From the human T2T-CHM13v2.0 reference genome, Homo sapiens, in NCBI RefSeq assembly GCF_009914755.1, contig NC_060931.1: a stretch of 64,000 bases of DNA. One strand, written 5' to 3'. The stretch's first letter is position 1. The number at the start of each line of letters is the position of its first letter. The notes under the pieces are model-generated. The model ran no database searches. It saw only the letters and a list, made by a program, of their open reading frames with translations, and had not been told where the DNA came from. Positions 58,230 through 64,000 of this stretch are shown here, piece by piece. Both the position numbers and the translations under genes were made by a program.

Positions 58230-58536
58230 GGCTGGGCGCGGTGGCTCACGCCTGTAATCCCAGCACTTTGGGAGGCCAAGGCGGGCAGATCACGAGGTCA
58301 GGAGATCGAGACCATACTGGCTAACACGGTGAAACCCCGTCTCTACTAAAAAAAACACCACAAAAAAATTAGCCAGGCGTGGTGGCCGGCGCCTGTAGTC
58401 CCAGCTACTCAGGAGGCTGAGTCAGGAGAATGGCGTGAACCTGGCAGGCAGAGCTTGCAGTGAGCCAATATCGTGCCACTGCACTCCAGCCTGGGCGACA
58501 GAGCAAGATTCCATCTAAAAAAAAAAAAAAAAAAAA
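58230..58536 (+). mobile_element. AluY
   Basis: Diagnostics ggctaacacgg, aatggcgtgaacc and gagcttgcagt; TSD approximately atct(t/c)atttt. Confidence 0.95.
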
Positions 58537-58955
58537 TCTCATTTTAAAATTAATTTAAAATCTTACTTTAGGAACGTCAATGGATTTAATAGGTTAATAT
58601 GAAGTACTTTAAAATCTCAAATCCTTCAAATACCTATGGTATCTGCATTGGGACAGTGGCTGCCACTAAACTTTCTTTGTTAAGCTAGCCTTTCTTTTAA
58701 TAAAAAGAAAAGTGTTATTTTAAATTTAGAATCCATTAAAGAAGAAAAGTGGAATGAGTATATAGTGTTAAATTATGATAAAAATAAAATATGCAAACAC
58801 CCATTAATAAACTGTGCTGTGTTGCTATCTTGTATTTAACCCCAAGTTTTATTTTGCCGTTTTTACATATTAAGTTGTGCTTTGTACAATGTAAAGTCTG
58901 ATTATACAAGCTGATATTTTAGGGATGGAAGAATATATTTATAAAAGTGAAATTA

Positions 58956-59296
<341 letters not shown>

Positions 59297-60397
59297 TTAC
59301 TTCACTTAAGTTTGCAAACAATGAAAAATGAGGGCAAGATCATGACTTTTAGTCTTATCTTTGGTCTGTTCCATATAAATGGATTGTAACCCAAAATTCG
59401 TCCAAAAAGCTATTAACATTTAATCCTAATTTTGACAGTATGATTATTGACTGAAATATGTATATTAAATTTATCTTGTTAATTTTAACTTTGATTTCAA
59501 GTCACAGAGATCTTTAAAAAATAATAGTAGACTTTATTCAAAGGATATAGAGTTGCTTACAAAATACAAGGCAAAGCTAAGCAAAAATCTGGTCTCAGAA
59601 GGAGCAAAAAGCAGAGCAGAATCTAATAGGCTGCTTGCATACCTGTCACTGGATTCGATGAAATCCTGTTGTTTATTATGCACATGTCACATACCTCAAA
59701 AATCAAGTTCTTGGGAGAGGGAATTTAATTGGCCTAACTTGTATCACCCGCCCTTGGGCCGGTCCCACCAATTTGCATGTAATTGGGTACAGAATTAAGG
59801 TAGTCCCCAAAGAAAAAAATGGTGCTATTAACAAATAGAGAAGTATATGCTGGGTAGGCAATATCAACAGATTTCGTCTATGTTAACTTTGAGTTGGTTT
59901 GCTACTAGACTGCAGCCTTGTTTTAATATCAATTTTTTTTTCTCGAAGAATTTTACTCTTTCAACACCAAGGAAACTCAAGACAATAGAAAACTACTGGA
60001 CAATAGCACCAAGTAATGTATTTGTGTGTGAAGACTCACTAATTTATGCAATTATACCTCAATCTATGCAGTATCTTCCTAAAGATTATTAAAAAATCAA
60101 ATGTATTTTAAAGAAGTTTGCCTTTTATTTAAATAAATACTGTCTAAACTACTCTTTTAATTTGAATAATTTCTTCTCTTAAGGAAATAGTAATCTCTTA
60201 TTTAATTTTGTAAATTTGGATCTTCATGTTGAGTTTGTTAGCAATGAATGGCACCTGTCACGCGTGTACTTAACAGGTAAAAGAAAATATACTGCTTTTA
60301 AAACTTTACACTAATCCATGAAGAAAACAAACATAAAAATTATAAACATTCATGAATCGATTCCTTTAAAAATGTTCTCCATGACCTTGGACCTATC

Positions 60398-60586
60398 TTT
60401 TTTGTTGTTTTTGGTGTTGGGTTTTGTTTGTTTGTTTTTTGAGACATGGTCTTTCTCTATAGCCCATGCTGGAGTGCAGTAGCATGATCATAGTTTACAA
60501 CAGCTTCTAACTCCTGGGCTCAAGTCATTCTCCTACCTCAGCTTCCCAGAGTGCTGGGATTACAGACATGGGCCACCATGTCTAAC
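60398..60586 (-). mobile_element. FRAM/FAM-like free Alu monomer
   Basis: Single diverged monomer with T/TTG tail; flanks share TTGGACC..TCTTT. Confidence 0.8.
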
Positions 60587-61506
60587 TTGGACCGGTTCTT
60601 TAAAATCACTTTGAATTGGTGGACCTAAGGAATTCCCATTCTGCGCACTATGTTCTCTTGCACCATACTCTCTTGTTATTCCCACATATAGCCCACCACC
60701 ACCTCCACCCACCTGGACTTCTTCCTGATCATGTTGTATCCCATGATTAAGGATGACCTTAAACACTTTCACTATTCTGAATCATCCTTTCTGACCCTGC
60801 TGCAGCATTTGTTCTTCCATTTCCCAAGCTGTGGCTTTTCTTATTCCTACTCCTAAGCAAGCTACTGAGTATTCCTATAGAGAATCACAATATCAGGCAG
60901 TATTGGTTCTCTGACTTTAGGCTAGTGTTCACTGATGTTTAGCAATTGTTTCACAAGTCTCTAGACACCTTACTCTGCCTCTCTCCCTGCATCAGTTTCT
61001 AGCCTTCACTGTACCCTTAAAGCACTTAAGTCACACCTGTTTCCCTGTTGTCAGTGACTTCACCTTCTACTTCAGAGAAAAAATTTAGAGGCCACCAGGC
61101 AAGAACTCCCTCTGCCTCTCTCATCTCTACTCCCAAAACAAACTTATATTAGCATCTCTGATTATATCCCTTTGTATCATAATGAGATTTCTCTCCAAGG
61201 CCAATTTCTCTTCCTGTGCATGATACCTACCCCTTTCCACCTCTTCCAGAACCTTGTCTTGTCAGCTGCACGTCTTCATTCCTATGTCTTCAGTCTCCCA
61301 TTTCTCTGTGTGCCTTCCCTTCCCACCTTTAAAAACAAAAACCAATTAAACAAAATCACATTCATATGTCCATATTAGTTTTATATCAGACAATTATCTT
61401 AACCCTGTTTTTTTTTCTTCATCATTAGGCCATTAGAAAGAATTGTTTACACTTATCTTCCATTCCTTTTTTGACACATTATACCTTGTTTTCTTTCCTT
61501 ACTACC

Positions 61507-61871
61507 TGTATTACTCTGTCCTCACGCTGCTAGTAAAGACATACCTGAGACTGGGTAACTTACAAAGCAAAAGAGATTTAATGGACTCACAGTTCCACAT
61601 GGCTGGGGAGGCCTCACAATCATGGTGGAAGGAAGAGGAGGAGTAAAGGCACATCTTACATAGCAGCAGGGAAGAGAGCATGTGCAGGGACACTCCCTTT
61701 TATAAAACCATCAGATCTCTTGAGACTTATTCACTGTCATGAGAACAGTATGGGAAATACCTGCCCCCATGATTCAGTTACCTCCCACCAGGTCCCTCCC
61801 ATGACACATGGGGATTAAGGGAACTACAATTCAAGATGAGATTTGGGTAGGGACATAGCCAAACCACATCA
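61507..61871 (-). mobile_element. THE1 (MaLR) solo LTR
   Basis: 365 bp, TG...CA termini, perfect 5-bp TSD CTACC (61502-61506, 61872-61876), and the typical gactcacagttccacatggctggggaggcctcacaatcatgg. Confidence 0.95.
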
Positions 61872-62060
61872 CTACCTTTCTGAAATAGTTCTATTGAATA
61901 TGACTGACCACTTCAGAGAGTTGAATTCAATTCTTACCTTAGTAGATCCTGTCAAAACATTTGAGACTTTTGATACAACTTCTCTTAACATTCCTCTTCT
62001 TTGTGTTTTGTTGTCTTTTCCCCATCTCCTGCCTACAACTTTTTTTGTTAACTTTTATAT

Positions 62061-62229
62061 CAGTGGTCCAAAAACTCTGGCTGCATATTGTCATTACTTG
62101 GGATGTTTATTTGTTAAAATGCCTGGTCTCCACCAAGCCCAGTTAAATCAGGAAGTTGAATGCCACCATCATTATATATACAGAGCTCTGCGTGTGATGC
62201 TGACCCACAAGGTGGGCTGAGAACTACTC
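62061..62229. mobile_element. MER5A-like MITE
   Basis: cagtggtccaaaa...ggctgcatattg...aaatcag...gctgagaactact. Confidence 0.6.
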
Positions 62230-62693
62230 CTTTAGATGACCTCACTGCCAGAACTTATCCACTCCCTGTGGTATTACCACTACATAAGTTGCTGATTCTC
62301 AGGGCTTTATATTTCTTGTCTTGTCACCTGAACTTAAGTCTTGTATAGCCAGAAGTCTTCCAGAAACACCTACCTAGATGTTCAGTAGTCAACTTCTCAT
62401 TTACTATTTCCAAATGAACCAAATTCTCTTTCATTCTTGAAAAATCGTCTTTGTTTCTACTGTCTTTCTAGTGGCATCACAGTCTGCTTCCAACGTCCCT
62501 TATCCTTTACTCTCTCACTCAGGTAATCGTCAAATCCTTAGAAGTTAGCTGGTCCTCAAATTGGGTATCCTTTTTTCATGTAACTGCTACTGCTTTGGCA
62601 CTTACCAGAAGTAACTGTCTAATGAATCTTTGGGAATCTTAGGCTGCCAGCCAATTCCAGTCTGAACCCACACCCTCATGCTTTCTACTTGTC

Positions 62694-62727
62694 AAAAAAC
62701 AAACAAACAAACAAACAAACAAAAAAC
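62694..62727. repeat. (CAAA)n simple repeat
   Basis: aaaaaacaaacaaacaaacaaacaaacaaaaaa. Confidence 0.9.
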
Positions 62728-63004
62728 ACTACTAATTCCTGATCTGCAAAACTCTTCGTAGTCCTAATCTTTCTAGCCTTGTCTCTCAGCAGCTGGCCCC
62801 ATTTATAGCATACTCCTACCAAAACTATCACATATTGTCGGCATAATCCTAAACCTTTTGCATTCTCCCTTTCTGTTTTTTTTACTTCTTTTTCCCAAGC
62901 AATGAATTCCTACTCATTTCTTGGGAGCCAGCTAGAAAATGCCTTCTTTCAATATGGTCAAACTGTACTTTTTACGTCTTCAGCAATGCATTTCTCTCTA
63001 ATAT

Positions 63005-63800
<796 letters not shown>

Positions 63801-64000
63801 AAAAACAAAAAAAAAATCAGGAGTCCATGCAAATGGCACTTATGTTGTTGTATCCTAATTTACAAGACTTTTTTTATTTTCCAATCTCCTTTGGATGGAG
63901 GGACCATTTTCATTCACCTTTTTATATCCACATGGCTAATATAGTTTATAGCTCATAGTAGGTACTGAAAAGTGTTGACTAAGTGAATAATGGACTAAAA

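Overview
Human (or great-ape) genomic DNA: AT-rich, CpG-depleted, with Alu, L1PA, THE1, MIR and L2 repeats. The window lies inside FOXP2 on the + strand. It covers the distal part of intron 2, the 90-nt coding exon 3 (33247-33336, [30 protein letters not shown], residues 57-86), the 58-nt alternative exon 3a (36954-37011) and the proximal part of the next intron. Exon numbering is from my recollection of the literature. The ORF track misses exon 3; its entries are L1/Alu remnants or chance ORFs. Repeats include about 17 Alu/FLAM/FRAM copies, a twin-primed 5'-inverted L1PA3-like insertion nested in an old L1MA, a truncated L1PA7-like copy, a THE1 solo LTR and small hAT MITEs. I found no evidence of a new gene or multi-gene system. 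The most interesting leads, all unverified: (1) chained ATGA stop-start overlaps created by exon 3a; (2) POU/SOX/PBX-HOX/CCAAT/ETS motif clusters in the Alu-free zone around exons 3 and 3a; (3) an unexplained ~125-165 bp degenerate palindrome at 3.3 kb; (4) a PBX-HOX/MEIS-type element at ~1.0-1.5 kb; (5) a strong candidate cryptic poison exon at 50164-50249. Repeat subfamily calls and old-repeat boundaries are by eye.
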